This document shows, piece by piece, positions 13,389-26,329 of a stretch of 64,000 bases of DNA. The translations under genes were made by a program, and so were the position numbers. Position 1 is the stretch's first letter. Every line of letters starts with the position of its first letter. The notes under the pieces are model-generated. The model saw only the letters and a program-made list of their open reading frames with translations. It did not search any database and was not told where the DNA came from. The stretch covers positions 26,949,631 to 27,013,630 of the forward strand of contig NC_057718.1 in the NCBI RefSeq assembly GCF_004010195.1, given 5' to 3'. Source of the DNA: Chiloscyllium plagiosum (Eukaryota).

Positions 13389-14108
13389 GTACTGGGTCGA
13401 TGGAAAGATTCTTGGTCGTGTGGATGTGCAGAGGGATCTTGGAGTCCATGTGCATAGATCCCTGAAAGTTGCCACCCAGGTGGATAGTGCTGTTAAGAAG
13501 GCATACAGTGTGTTAGGTTTCATTGGTTGAGAAATTGAGTTCCGGAACACCAATATCATGCTGCAACTATACAAAACGCTGGTGCAGCCGCACTTGGAAT
13601 ATTGTGTACAGTTCTGGTCCCCCCAGGACAGGAAGGATGTGGAAGCATTAGAAAAAGTGCAGAGGAGATTTACCAGGATGTTGCCTGGTCTGGAGGGAAG
13701 GTCTTATGAGGAAATGCTGAGACACTTGGGTCTGTTCTCATTGGAAAGGAGGCGGCTAAGGGGGGATTTGATAGAGACGTACAAGATGATCAAAGGATTA
13801 GATAGGGTAAACAGTGAAAGACTTTTTCCTAGGATGATGACGTCAGCTTGTACGAGAGGGCATAACTACAAATTGAGGGGTGATAGATTTAGGACACAGA
13901 TGTCAGAGGCAGGTTCTTTACGCAGAGAGTGGTAAGGGCGTGGAATGCCCTACCTGCTAATGTAGTCAACTCAGCCACATTAGGGAGATTTAAACAACCC
14001 TTAGATAAGCACATGGATGATTTTGGGATAGTGTAGGGGAACGAGCTGACAGTTCACAGGTTGGCGCAACATCGAGGGCCGAAGGGCCTGTTCTGCACTG
14101 TATTCTAT
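13389..14108 (+). mobile_element. CR1 LINE 3' fragment
   Basis: QRDLGVHVH, LYKTLVQPHLEYCVQFWSP, LERRRLRGDLIETYK and a CR1 3' UTR. Confidence 0.9.
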
Positions 14109-14109
14109 T

Positions 14110-14560
14110 AAGCTCAATTCGTTTTGCTCATAACCATATGAGAGCATCAACTTGGAAATAACTTAGCAACTCCAGTATTTCAGTATCATTCAGTCTGCAC
14201 TTCATCTACTTGAAGGCATGCTAAATATCAGTGATGACATTCTCATCTACAAAATCTGCAAGAATGCAACCTCACACTGAGCAAGTACTTGTTTTTTTCA
14301 ATTAAAGCAGAATCGAATTATGTGGTCGCATTTAACAGTGCAGGAATATCTCACGACCAATGGAAGTACAATCTGCTACAGTGTGGCAAATTCTGAGCAC
14401 ACTATATCTGCTCAGACTCATTGTACGATGTAATCACTTCATTCCTGACATTATTACATTTAGCTTCTCTACACAATGTGACAGAAGGAACCAGGTCAGC
14501 AAACTACAACAAATCAAAATCAGTCATCAAGTTGTACAAACACTGACCTCAACCAAAAAA
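14110..14560 (+). mobile_element. Decayed Gypsy-type RT remnant
   Basis: LEGMLNISDDILIY at 14209-14250 (RT catalytic xxDD motif). Confidence 0.45.
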
Positions 14561-14574
14561 AACTTAGACCAAAA

Positions 14575-16415
14575 GATATAGGAATAAAAAAAATGCCATT
14601 CAGCCCTTAGAGTTTACTCTGCCATTCAAAGAGACCATGGCTGATCTGATAATCAGAAACTTAATTTTGCTGTCATATCCCCAAAACCGTGCATTCTTCT
14701 GCCCAATTCAGCTTTGGATACACTCTACGACCCAATCTCGACAGCCCTCTGCATTTTAAAAATTCCACAGATTACGCTGAGATTATTCTCTTTGGTCCTA
14801 GACTCTCTCATAGGGGGAAAACACCTTTTCTGCATTTTTCCTGTCAGTTCCCAAAAGAATCAATAAAGTTACCTCACATTCTTGAAGGGCTAAGGCCGGA
14901 AACGTCGATTCTCCTGCTCCTGGATGCTGCGTGACCCACTGTGCTTTTCCAGTACCACACTTTTTGACTCACTTTTCTAAACTCCAATGAGTCCAAGCCC
15001 AATTTACTCAAAATCTCATTGACTGCACATCCCACCATACCCAGCATTAAATTTGTTAACTTTCTCAAGACTATCCCCAATACAAATACACATTTCCTTA
15101 TATAAAAGGGTTCAAAATTGTTCAGTGTTCCAACTATGGTCTGACTAGTGCCTTGTATAGCTTTAGCATAACGTCCCTATTTTTAGATTCCACTCCTTTT
15201 GGAATAAAGACGAACATTCCATTTGGCTTTCCTATTATCCGCTAAACTTGGAAACCAGCATTTTGTGATTTATGCACGTGTAATCTTTCTGTGCTGCAGT
15301 TTTCTGGCCTGTAAATTGATATTCAGCTCTTGTACTCTTCTTGCCAAAGTGCATAATCTCACATTTTCCCATATTACATTCCACCTGTCAAGTTTTTTGC
15401 CACTCAACCTATTTCAATTCATTGTATCATTTGCACAAACCTGCCCTGCCACCTATTTTTTTTTTCAGACGCTACGACAATGGATGAATGGTCACCATGC
15501 AGCAATCGCTAGACAGGAATGTTCCCTCACAGTCAGGGAACACTTTAGCATTCAGCCTCTGATCTATGAGTAAGTGTCCTCCAAGATGGCCTTTGAGATA
15601 CACAACAATGCAGAATCATCAAGCAGAAACTGATACAAAGTTCCATACCCATGAAGGCAGCCTCAAACGTGATCTTGGGTTCATGTTGTGCTACATGTGG
15701 CCCCACCACACTGTTTCGTATCTGTAAATTCTTCCTTACCGTCCTGTTTTGACACCATCACCTTGATGAATTGTTATGATCGCTCTACCTCAATTAGTTT
15801 GTACAGTTTTGGATTACTTGTCACTTTGGTTAGACCCTAGTCATGCGACTCATACCTATCATGTGGTTCCAGTCATTCAGTTTGTCTCCAGAACTACCTT
15901 ACTTTCAATTTATTGTAATTATCGTTCTACCTCATTTAATCCGATTATAGGTCGTCCTTTTGCTTGTTATTCAGCTGTTAATAATTTACTCACCATTTAA
16001 CACTCTTGGTCATCTGCAGAAACCTATTATTCGACACTCCACACACCATTTGCATGATTTTTTTAAAATCTCTGTTTATAAATTCTGTATCTATAGGCTC
16101 TTGTCTCTTACTACACCTGACAAAGGGTCTGCGCTCTGAAAGCTTGTGATGTCAAATAAACCTGTTGCACTATAACCTGGTGTCGTGAGCCTTCTGAATT
16201 TGTCCACTTCAGTCCAATACTGGCACCTCCATATCATGGCTACCCATTTTGTGACATCCACAAACTTGTTATAGCACATTTACCATCTTCATCCAAGTCA
16301 TTAACATGTATTGTAAACATTTGTAGCTTGTGGCACTCTGCTATTCGCTTCTTTAATCTCACTTGTTTGTATTAGCTCACCAATTTTCTATCCATGCGAA
16401 TAGCTACCCTCAACA
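14575..16415 (-). mobile_element. Old CR1 fragment interrupted by Penelope insertions
   Basis: Minus-strand CR1 RT C-terminus and 3' UTR at 14575-15460, resuming at 16240-16415. Confidence 0.7.
15468..16238 (+). mobile_element. Penelope-like element 3' fragment (GIY-YIG C-terminus plus pLTR with degenerate hammerhead)
   Basis: TLRQWMNGHH...VREHFS...QKLI...FHTHEGSLKRDLGFM; terminal repeat of the family seen at 54873-55520. Confidence 0.8.
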
Positions 16416-16429
16416 TTTCAGCAGGTTAG

Positions 16430-19320
16430 GGGAGATCATGGCCTAGTTGCATTATCACTAGACTATCAATCAGAAACTGTTCTGGGGACCCAGGTTCAAA
16501 TTCCACTAAGGCAAATGACACAAAATTAATAAAATTAAAAATATCTGGAATTAACAATCTACTGATGACCATGAAACCATTATCAATTGTTGAAAAAACC
16601 ATCTGGACCTACACCTGGCTTCAGACCCATAGTAATAAGGTTGACCCATAATTTCCATCTGAAATGGCCGAGGAAGCCTCTCATTTGTAGCAATTGCAAC
16701 AAAGTCTCAAATGAATGAAACCAGAAGGATTACCTGGCATCAACCTAGGCATAGAAAAAGACAATGCCAGAATCAGAGTTTCAAAATTAACTTTGGAAAC
16801 TCCCCTTTACCAACAGTTGGGGACCATTGGCAAAATTGGGAGAGCTGTCTCCCCAACTTGTCAAACAACAACCTGACAAGTCATACTCAAGCAATCATAC
16901 CTATAAGCAATGTCCCAGACACCATCATCACTATACCTAGATATGTCCTGTCCCACCCAGGACACACCAGGCAGACGGGATGACACAAGAGTATAAAGTT
17001 GGGAGGGAGCAGCCCTGGAGTTCTCAAAATTGACTCTGGACTCCAAGTTTCATGGCATCAGGTTAAGTACGGGCAAGGAAACCTCCTGCTGATTACCACA
17101 TACCGTCCTCCCTCAGATGTTGAATCAATAGTCGTCCATCTCAAGCAACACTTGGAGGAAGCACAGAATTTCAAAGTCCACCAATGGGGGGTGGGGGAGG
17201 GCAATTTTTTTCACAAGGAGGATGGTGAGTGCCTGGAACAGACTGCCAGAGGTGGTGGTGGAAGCGAGCCCAATTTTATCATTAGAGAAATATTTGGACA
17301 GGTCCATGGATAGCATAGGTACAGAGAGATATGGAGATATGGATAAGTAAATGGGACTAGTTTAATTGTGAAAACTGGGCGGCATGGACAAGTTGGGCAA
17401 AAGGCCTGATTCCATGCCATAAAACAGAGTTGGAGGGGCTTGTCAGTAACATTGATCAAGCTAATGAGGTCCTAAAAGACATAGCTGCTAGGCGTGTCTA
17501 TGGCAAGTGGCGAAGGAACCAACAAAAGGAGAGAACAACTTGAACCCATCCATGCCAATCTGCCGGCTGCAGTTTCATCTCATCATGACAGTACTAGTAA
17601 GTGACCACTACACAGTTCTTGTGAATACAAAATGAAAGTGCCATAAAACACAATGGACAACCACCATGGTAAATAGGACAGACTTCAAACACATTTAGCA
17701 ACTCAAGATTGGACATTCATGAGGCAGAGCATAACTTTCTCCAACACAACCTGTAATCTCTCGGCTCGGCATATCCCCCACCCAACCATCATTAAATAAG
17801 ACCATAAGACATAGGAGTGGAAGTAAGGTCATTTGGCCAAGTGAGTCCACTCCGCCATTCAATCATGGCTGATGGGCATTTCAACACCACTTATCCACAC
17901 TTGCCCTGTATCCTTTAATTCCTTGCGAGATTAAGAATTTATCATAATCTCTGCCTTGAGGACATTTAACATCCCAGCCTCCACTGTGCTCCAATGAATT
18001 CCACAGGCCCACGACTCGCTGGCTGAAGAAATGTCTCCTCATTTCCGTTTTAAATTGATCTCCTCTAATTCTAAGGCTGTGCCCATGGGTCCTTGTATCC
18101 CCGCCAAACTGAAACAAATTCCCAGCATCTACCCTTTCTAAGCCATGCATTATCTCCTAAGTTTCTATTAGATCTCCCCTCATCCTTCTAAACTCTAATG
18201 ACAACAATCCCAGGATCCTCAGCTGTTCATCGCATGCCAGAAGTAGCACCAGGTATACCCGAAAATGAGATGTCAATTTGGTGAAGCTACCAAGCAGGAC
18301 AACTTGTATGTCAAACAGTTAGTGATAGACAGAACTAAGCGATCTCACAACCAGCAGAATTGATCAAACCTCTGCAGCCCTGCCAAACTGTCCACTGGAG
18401 AAAGCAGCTCCACAAGTATCTCCATCCTCAATGATGGAAGAGCTCAATATATCAGAATAAAAAAAGACGAGGCTGAAGCATTCGGAGTAATCTTCAGCCA
18501 AAAATGCTGAATGGAAGATTCAACTCAGCCTTCTCCAGTGTCCCCAGGATTACAGATACCAGTCTTCAGCCAATTCAATTCACTCCATGTGATATCAATA
18601 AACAGTTGAAGACACTGGATACTGCAAAGGCTATGGGCTTGACAGCAGTTGAACAGTCCATGTTCAAATGCAACAAGATCTGGACAATATCCAGGCTTGG
18701 AACGACAATTGGCAAGTAACATTCATACCACAAATGCCAGACTATGACTATCACCAATAACACACAATCGAACCATGGCCCCTTGACATTTAATGGCGTT
18801 ACCATCATGGAAACCCCGACTTTCAACATCCTAAGATGTATCATTGACCAGAAGCTCAACTGGACTTGCCAGAAACAGTGGCTCCAAGAATGGGTCAGAC
18901 GCTAGGAACACTGCGTAACTCACCTGCTGACTCACCATAACCTATCCATCATCTACAAAGCACAAGTCAGGAGTGTGATGACATACTGCCCATTTGCCTG
19001 AATGGGGGTACCTCTAACAACATGCAAGAAGCTCGGCACCATCCAGGACAAAGCAGCCTGCTTGGTTGGCACCACATTCACAAGCATCCATTCCCTCCAC
19101 CACCAATGCTCAGTTGCAGCAGTGTGTACTATCTACAAGATGCACTGCAGAAATTCAAAGATCCTCAGACAGCACCTTCCAAACCCATACCCACTTTCAT
19201 AAAGAAGAACGAGGGCAGCAGATATATGAGAATACCACCAACTTCAAGTTCCCCTCCAAGCCACTCACCATCCTCACTTGGAAAGAGGTCACCATTCCTT
19301 GACTGTCGCTGGGTGAAAAT
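16430..19320 (+). mobile_element. Decayed non-LTR retrotransposon with a tRNA-like 5' head followed by APE endonuclease and RT remnants
   Basis: Box A-like TGGCCTAGTTG 16439-16449 and box B-like GGTTCAAATTCC 16493-16504. APE: VPDTIITIPRYVLSH, VSWHQVKYGQGNLLLITTYRPPS. RT region: LDTAKAMG, YKAQVRSVM, TIQDKAACLVG. Confidence 0.75.
17798..18233 (-). mobile_element. CR1 3' fragment nested in the tRNA-headed LINE
   Basis: TRTHGHSLRIRG...MRRHFFSQRVVGLWNSL and a CR1 tail. Confidence 0.85.
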
Positions 19321-20099
19321 TGTGGGATCGTGTTCAAATAACAACCAAAATCACTGAGTGGTGAAAATAGCCTCTTTTATTCAGCAACCACAAGTTTGAG
19401 GCAGAAATAGGATCCCGAAATCAGTTTTTACAGCAGCCTATTTATATAAAGTTCTTACATATATACGATGTTACATTGCATATTAGAGATAAAACAAAGG
19501 CTTGAGGGACTTCTGTCCTGGGAGACAGGAATTGGGTGAAAACATGTGCTACTTCTGATGGAATTAAATGTGTCTGTCCGCTCTGCTTGTATAATTAAGA
19601 GATGTTAGTCTTTTTGTCTTTTAAATTAGTAAAATGTTAATAAAAAAATACAAGCCCTATATGCTCCAAAATTTAAAATGATACATTAACTTAGAAGAAT
19701 AAAGGACATTAAACAGATGATGGCATCTGGGTTGTAAGATTTGTTTACTATTTGCAGGTGAGAGTTTCAGGAGAAAGTGAGGATTGCAGATGCTGGAGAC
19801 CAGATTTGATAAGTGTGGTGATGTGAGTTTCATTCAATTTCATTAAAGTGCTGTTGACTGTTTCTTAAAGGGATAACAGCCCAGTTAAAAAGTTATCTGG
19901 GAAGTACATACTAACTGGGGAAAATCTTTGTTGTTCTGTAATCTATTCAGGTCCGAGACATGGTTGGTAAGGGCTGATTAATATTACAAACTTTTGGAGA
20001 TATGATGGCAGGTATGGTATTGTTATCAATATGCTACACTTACTCAGGAGGTAGACAGGCCGAAACCCTTGCTTGTGTCGCAAAGGCCAAAAAGAACTG

Positions 20100-23000
20100 A
20101 AGATGTAGTGAGTAGAGTGGGTTCTTTCTTGATCATATATTTTTAGAGAAATGTCTCTTGATTAAACTTACAATATAAGCCATAACTATTAACAACCTGG
20201 GGCAGTGTTTGTAGAAAAATAAGACGGTGTTAATTTCCGGGTCTGTAGATTGTGAAGGAACAAAAATGGCCTTTAATCGAGTGATATGTACTTGTCAGAT
20301 GTGGGAGTTTAAAGAGAGTTTAAGGATTACTGTGGATTATATCTGCCATAAATGCTGTTGGCTGCGAATCTTACCAGATCGAATGGATCGGTTGGAGAGA
20401 CAGTTAGAAGCAATGAGGAATTTGCAACAGCAACAATATGTGATAGATGGCAGTTATAGGAAGGGGGGAAAGTCTCAGATACAGTCACATAGATGGGCTA
20501 ACTCCAGGAAAGGTAAGAGAGTAGGCAGCTAGTGCAGGAGTCTCCATACCCATTTCAACAGGTATGCTGTTTTGAAAATGTAGGGGGTGATGGATTCTCA
20601 GGGGAACGTAGCACGAACAGCCAAGTTTCTGGTATTTGAGACTGACTTTAATGCAACGAGGGGTCCGTCAGGTTCCAAGAGATCAAATGTTAGGGGATTC
20701 TCTAGTCAGAGGTACATTTCTGTGGCCAGCAGCAAAAACGCAGAATGGTGTGTTGCTTTCCTGGTGCCAGGATCAAGGATGTCTCAGAGAGGGTGCAAAA
20801 TGTTCTCACGGGGGACGAAAGGCCAGCAAGAGGTCATTGTCCACATTGGAATCAACGACATAGGAAGGGAAAAGGTTGAGATTCTGAAGGGAGATTTCAG
20901 AGAATTAGGCAGAAATTTAAAAAGGAGGTCCTCGAGAGTAGTCATATCTGGATTACTCCCGTTGCAATGAGCTAGTGAGGGCAGGAATATGAGGATAGAG
21001 CAGATGAATGCATGGCTGAGGAGCTGGTGTATGGGAGAAGGATTCACATTTTTGGATCATTGGAATCTCTTTTGGGGTAGAAGTGATCTGTATAAGAAGG
21101 ACAGATTGCACCTAAATTGGAAGGGGGCTAATATACTGGCAGGGAAATTTGCTAGAACTGCTTGAGAGGATTTAATCTAGTAAGGTGAGGGGGTGGGACC
21201 CAGGGAGATAGTGAGGAAAGAGATCAATCTGAGACGGGTACAGTTGAGAACAGAAGCGAGTCAAACAGTCAGGGCAGGCAGGGACAAGATAGGACTAATA
21301 AATTAAACTGCATTTATTTCAATGCAAGGGGCCGAACAGGGAAGGCAGATGAACCCAGGGCATGGTTAGGAACATGGGACTGGGATATCATAGCAATTAC
21401 AGAAACATGGCTCAGGGATGGGCAGGACTGGCAGCTTAATGTTCCAGGATACAAATGCTACAGGAAGGATAGAAAAGGAGGCAAGAGGGGGACTGGGGGT
21501 GGCATTTTTGATAAGGGATAGCATTACAGCCCTGCTGAGGGAGGATATTCCTGGAAATAAATCCCGGGAAGTTATTTGGGTGGAACTGAGAAATAAGAAA
21601 GGGATGATCACCTTATTGGGATTGTATTGTAGACCCCACAATAGTCAGAGGGAAATTGAGAAACAAACTTGTAAGGAGACCTCAGCTGTCTGTAAGAATA
21701 ATAGGGTGGTTATGGTAGGGGATTTTAACTTTCCAAACACAGACTGGGACTGCCATAGTGTTAAGGGTTTAGATGGAGAGGAATTTGTTAAGTGTGTACA
21801 AGAAAATTTTCTGATTCAGTATGTGGATGTACCTACTAGAGAAGGTGCAAAACTTGACCTACTCTTGGGAGATAAGGCAGGGCTGGTGACTGAGCTGTCA
21901 GTGGGGGAGCACTTTGGGGCCAGCTAACATAATTCTATTAGATTTAAAATAATGATGGAAAAGGATCGACCAGATCTAAAAGTTGAAGTTCTAAATTGGA
22001 GACAGGATAAGAACTTTCAAAAGCTGATTGGGGGCAGATGTTCGCAGGTAAAGGGACAGCTGGAAAAGGGGCAGCCTTCAGAAATGAGATAACAAGAATC
22101 CAGAGAAACTATATTCCTGTCAGGGTGAAAGGAAAGGCTGGTAGGTATAGGGAATGCTGGATGACTAAAAAAATTGAGTGTTAGATTAAGAAAAAGGAGG
22201 AAGCATATGTGAGGTATAGACAGGATAGATCCAGTGAATCCTTAGAAGAGTATAAAGGAAGTAGGAGTATATTTAAGAGGGAAATCAGGAGGGCAAAACA
22301 GGGACATGAGATAGAATTAAGGAGAATCCAAAGCTATTTGCCAAAGAGTTTTACAAATACATTAAGGACAAAAGGGTAACTAGGGAGAGAATAGGGTCCC
22401 TCAAAGATCAGCAAGGCGGCCTTTATGTGGAGCTGCAGAAAATGGGGGAGATACTAAATGAGTATTTTGCATCGGTATTTACTGTGGAAGAGGTTATGGA
22501 AAAGAAAGACTGTAGTGAAATAGATGGTGACATCTTGCAAAATGTCCATATTACAGAGGAGGAAGTGCTGAATGTCTTGAAACGGGTAAAGGTGGATAAA
22601 TCCCCAGGACCTGATCAGGTGTACCCTAGAACTCTGTGGGAAGCTAAAGAAGTGATTGCTAGGCCTCTTGCCGAGTTATTTGTCTCATCGATAGTCATAG
22701 GTGAGGTGCCGGAAGACTGGAGGTTGGCTAGCTTGGTGCCACTGTTTAAGAAGGGTGGTAAGGACAAGCCAGTGAACTACAGACCAGTGAGCCTGACGTC
22801 GGTGGTGGGCAATTGTTGGAGGGAATCCTGAGGGACAGGATGTACATGTATTTGGAAAGGCAAGGACTGATTAGGGATAGTCAACATGGCTTTGTGTGTG
22901 GGAAATCGTGTCTCACAAACTTGACTGAGTTTTTTGAGGAAGTAACAATGAGGATTGAGGAGGGCAGAGCAGTAGATGTCATAGAGTCATAGAGATGCAC

Positions 23001-24388
23001 AGCATGGAAACAGACCCTTCGGTCCAACCCGTCCATGCCGACCAGATATCCCAACCCAATCTAGTCCCACCTGCCAGCACCCCGACCATATCCCTCCAAA
23101 CCCTTCCTATTCATATACCTATCCAAATGCCTCTTAAATGTTGCAATTGTACCAGCCTCCACCACATCCTCTGGCAGCTCATTCCATACACGTACCACCC
23201 TCTGCGTGCCATATCGATGTGATCTATATGGACCTCAGTAGGGCATTCGACAAGGTTCCCCATGAGAGCTTAGATCTCACGGAATACAGGGAGAACCAGC
23301 CATTTGGATACAGAACTGGCTCAAAGGTAGAAGACAGAGGGTGGTGGTGGAGGGTTGTTTTTCAGACTGGAGGCCTGTGACAAGTGGAGTGCCACAAGGA
23401 TCGGTGCTGGTAAATGACTACTTTTTGTCATTTACATAAATGATTTGGATGCGAGCATAAGAGGTACAGTTAGTAAGTTTGCAGATGACACCAAAATTGG
23501 ACGTGTAGTGGACAACGAAGAGGGTTACCTCAGATTACAACAGGATCTGGACCAGATGGGCCAATGGGCTGAGAGGTGGCAGATGGAGTTTAATTCAGAT
23601 AAATGCGAGGTGCTGCATTTTGGGAAAGCAAATCTTAGCAGGACTTATACACTTCATGGTAAGGTCCTAGGGAGTGTTGCTGAACAATGAGACCTTGGAG
23701 TACAGGTTCATAGCTCCATGAAGGTGGAGTCACAGGTAGATAGGATAGTGAAGAAGGCGTTTGGTATGATTTCCTTTATTGGTCAGAGTATTAAGTACAT
23801 GAGTTGGGAGGTCATGTTGTGGCTATACAGGACATTGGTTAGGCCACTGTTGGAATATTGCGTGCAATTCTGCTCTCCTTCCTATTGGAAATATGTTGTG
23901 AAACTTGCAAGGATTCAGAAAAGATTTACAAGGATGTTGCCAGGGTTGGAGAATTTGAGCCATAGGGAAAGGCTGCACAGGCTGGGGCTGTATTCCCTGG
24001 AGCGGAGGCTGAGGGGTGATCTTATAGAGGTTTATAAAATTATGAGGGGCATGGATAGAATAAATAGACAAAGTCTTTTCCCTGGGGTTGGGGGAGCCCA
24101 GAACAAGAGAGCATAGGTTTAGGGTGAGAGGGGGAAGATATAAAAGAAACCTAAGGGACAACTTTTTCACGTAGCGGGTGGTACGTGTATGGAATGAGCT
24201 GCCAGATGATGTGGTGGAGGCTGGTACAATTGCAACATTTAAGATGCATTTGGATGGGTATATGAATAGGAAGGGTTTGGAGGGATATGGTCGGGGTGCT
24301 GGCAGGTGGGACGAGATTGGGTTGGGATATCTGGTGGCATGGACAGGTTGGACCCAAGGATCTGTTTCCATGCTGTACATCTCTATGT
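20100..24388 (+). mobile_element. Near full-length CR1-clade LINE (ORF1 zinc finger/leucine zipper plus esterase; ORF2 APE endonuclease plus RT), disrupted
   Basis: ORF1 C..CQMW...YICHKC, GDSLVRG, VHIGIND, DRLHLN; ORF2 VGDFNFP, LDLLL, KSPGPD, NYRPVSLTS, KFADDTK, RPLLEYC; CR1 3' UTR. The 5' boundary is approximate. Confidence 0.92.
22981..23208 (-). mobile_element. Inverted CR1 3'-end fragment inserted in the RT region of the CR1 above
   Basis: Reverse complement of ~24168-24388 with a (CTATGACT)n tail; flanked by GATGT on both sides. Confidence 0.88.
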
Positions 24389-26329
24389 TTCGATGTGAAA
24401 AGGTAGTAATGGTTGAAAGGATTGCTTGAATTTGGTCTATCTTATGATAGTAAAATATATGACAGAACCGCAGTTTTATGAATAAATGAATAAAACCATG
24501 TTAGAGTAAACAATGGGTTAGTAAAGGGTCATGAATGACTGAACAGGAACCCAGTATAAATGAAGAAAGCAAGTGGTGAGCAAGTTAATAAAGATAATCT
24601 ATAACACAAGGAATGCATTCATAATCTCTTAAGCTTCTTTCTTCAAAAATCCCTCAAAATCTTTGCATTGGCTGAGGTTACCATAAGGGACACTCCTCAC
24701 CTTCCACCTTCCAACCCCCCCCCCCCCCCCCCAATCCATCATCTGAGATATGGTGACCCTCAGGTTACATCATCCCCAGCCGCCCTTCTCAGAGAGCAGC
24801 ACAATGGGTAGTTTCCCTCGTTCTTTTGCTCTATTGATTATTCTTCTGCTTATTCCCATCACTTCTCTTGGGTCCCTTGATGATTTAGTATTTATAGAAT
24901 GCTGATAATGTGAAATCTATCAGGATGTATTTGTTCAGCTCCTCTACCATTTCCCTAGCCTCGTTCTCAAAAGGGACCTGTGTCCACTTGGCCATCTTTC
25001 CCCCCATTGACTGAGATGTTTTTGCTGTCCATTTTTCTTCATTTGCCCTCATCTATTTGCTGCCTCTTGGTTATTTTTTGGTTATCTTTTGTCAGCTTTT
25101 AATCTTTATCACTTTGTATATTTTTTCTCTTCTATCTTGCTGGTCACGGAGACAAGTCCAGCAGGCTTCAGCACAATTCTCAAGTAGAAGGACAAAGCAA
25201 ATTAGCCACCAATTGTCAGGCCCATAAAACAAGGCTCCTGACAAACAGACAAAAGCACTCCCAATCACGTCAAGTGCTTTACACTTCCATTTCCATATGC
25301 ATAATGGCAATTTTGAGGCAATAACCAATTGTAGGTCACTGGTAAGTCTGTACAACAACAATCTACACAACAAATAATGTTCAAAAATAACAGTGGATCA
25401 TACTACAAGAGATCCAGCTCTATTTTAAAATTAATACAGGCAAGTTCAACTGATCTAACTCCTCTTTCATGTCATCCTTTGCCTACAATTGGGTGCTACT
25501 TAAGTTGGGGGAATCACTTGATGAACAACATCTTGACTGTGTGAATGTAAATGTGGTGCGAAAGTTGGATAAGTTAGACAATGGTGCAAAATTCCAGCTG
25601 TATGAAATTTAAGGAATATAAACATGATTGCGAGAGCATGGTCGAAATACATTGCAAGATCATATATTTGAATTGAGCTGCTTCCACATCCGAAGTGACA
25701 TTACTGACTAACGTCACTCCACAGCCAGAGAACATGTTCAAAATCTAACATGATAGCCATCAGGAGAAATTGTCAACATAATTACCTCCTTCAGGAAAAG
25801 ATACGATTCCCAAGAATATACTAAATTGTGGAGCATAAACAATGAAATAGTGTTTATGATATCAAACAACACAACCAAATTCTTACATTCCTTCCAAGTT
25901 CACATTGATCTCGCTGTTACATCTGTTCCCTGTAACCACAATAGGGTTCCAGTTCAGAAATAGTTACATGTACTTCACCTCGACTAAAGCAGTCAACCTA
26001 AAGCATGACCTGATTTTTGGACCATCCCTCAAGCGAGTGACAACGTACCCCCATTCAATAGAAATGAGGTCAGTAAATTCAGAAACTACAAAATTTCATT
26101 CATTGAATAATACATTACACTGCATTCAGAGCTCTTGGAGAAATCAAGACTCACACACACTATGATAGCAGTGCTCCGTAATGACTGGGATCAAGTTTTT
26201 AAATGTGTTGCACTACGTTGTTAACAATTACAGAGCAATTCCTCACTCAGCTCCACAAATGCTGCAAGCTACACTCATCTTTGCAGTTTATCTTCATGCC
26301 TTTCTCATGGGGTGGTCTCAGCTTTGGGA

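Larger units (their letters stand above)
19321..24656. mobile_element. Probable solo LTR split by the near full-length CR1 insertion
   Basis: Termini TGTGGGAT...ATCCCTCA (imperfect inverted repeat) with AAAT on both flanks (19317-19320 and 24657-24660). Confidence 0.45.

Noticed and set aside
16560..16700. Initially taken for a Deu-SINE domain
   Set aside because: It does not match the Deu-like core seen at 37430-37725; left as an unnamed 5' domain.
23823..24380. 185-aa minus-strand ORF, and similar MYSMETDPSVQ ORFs elsewhere
   Set aside because: Antisense reading of the CR1 3' end; it recurs wherever the repeat occurs.
24715..24732. C18 homopolymer (G-run on the XPO5 sense strand)
   Set aside because: Simple repeat deep in an intron, with no evidence of function.
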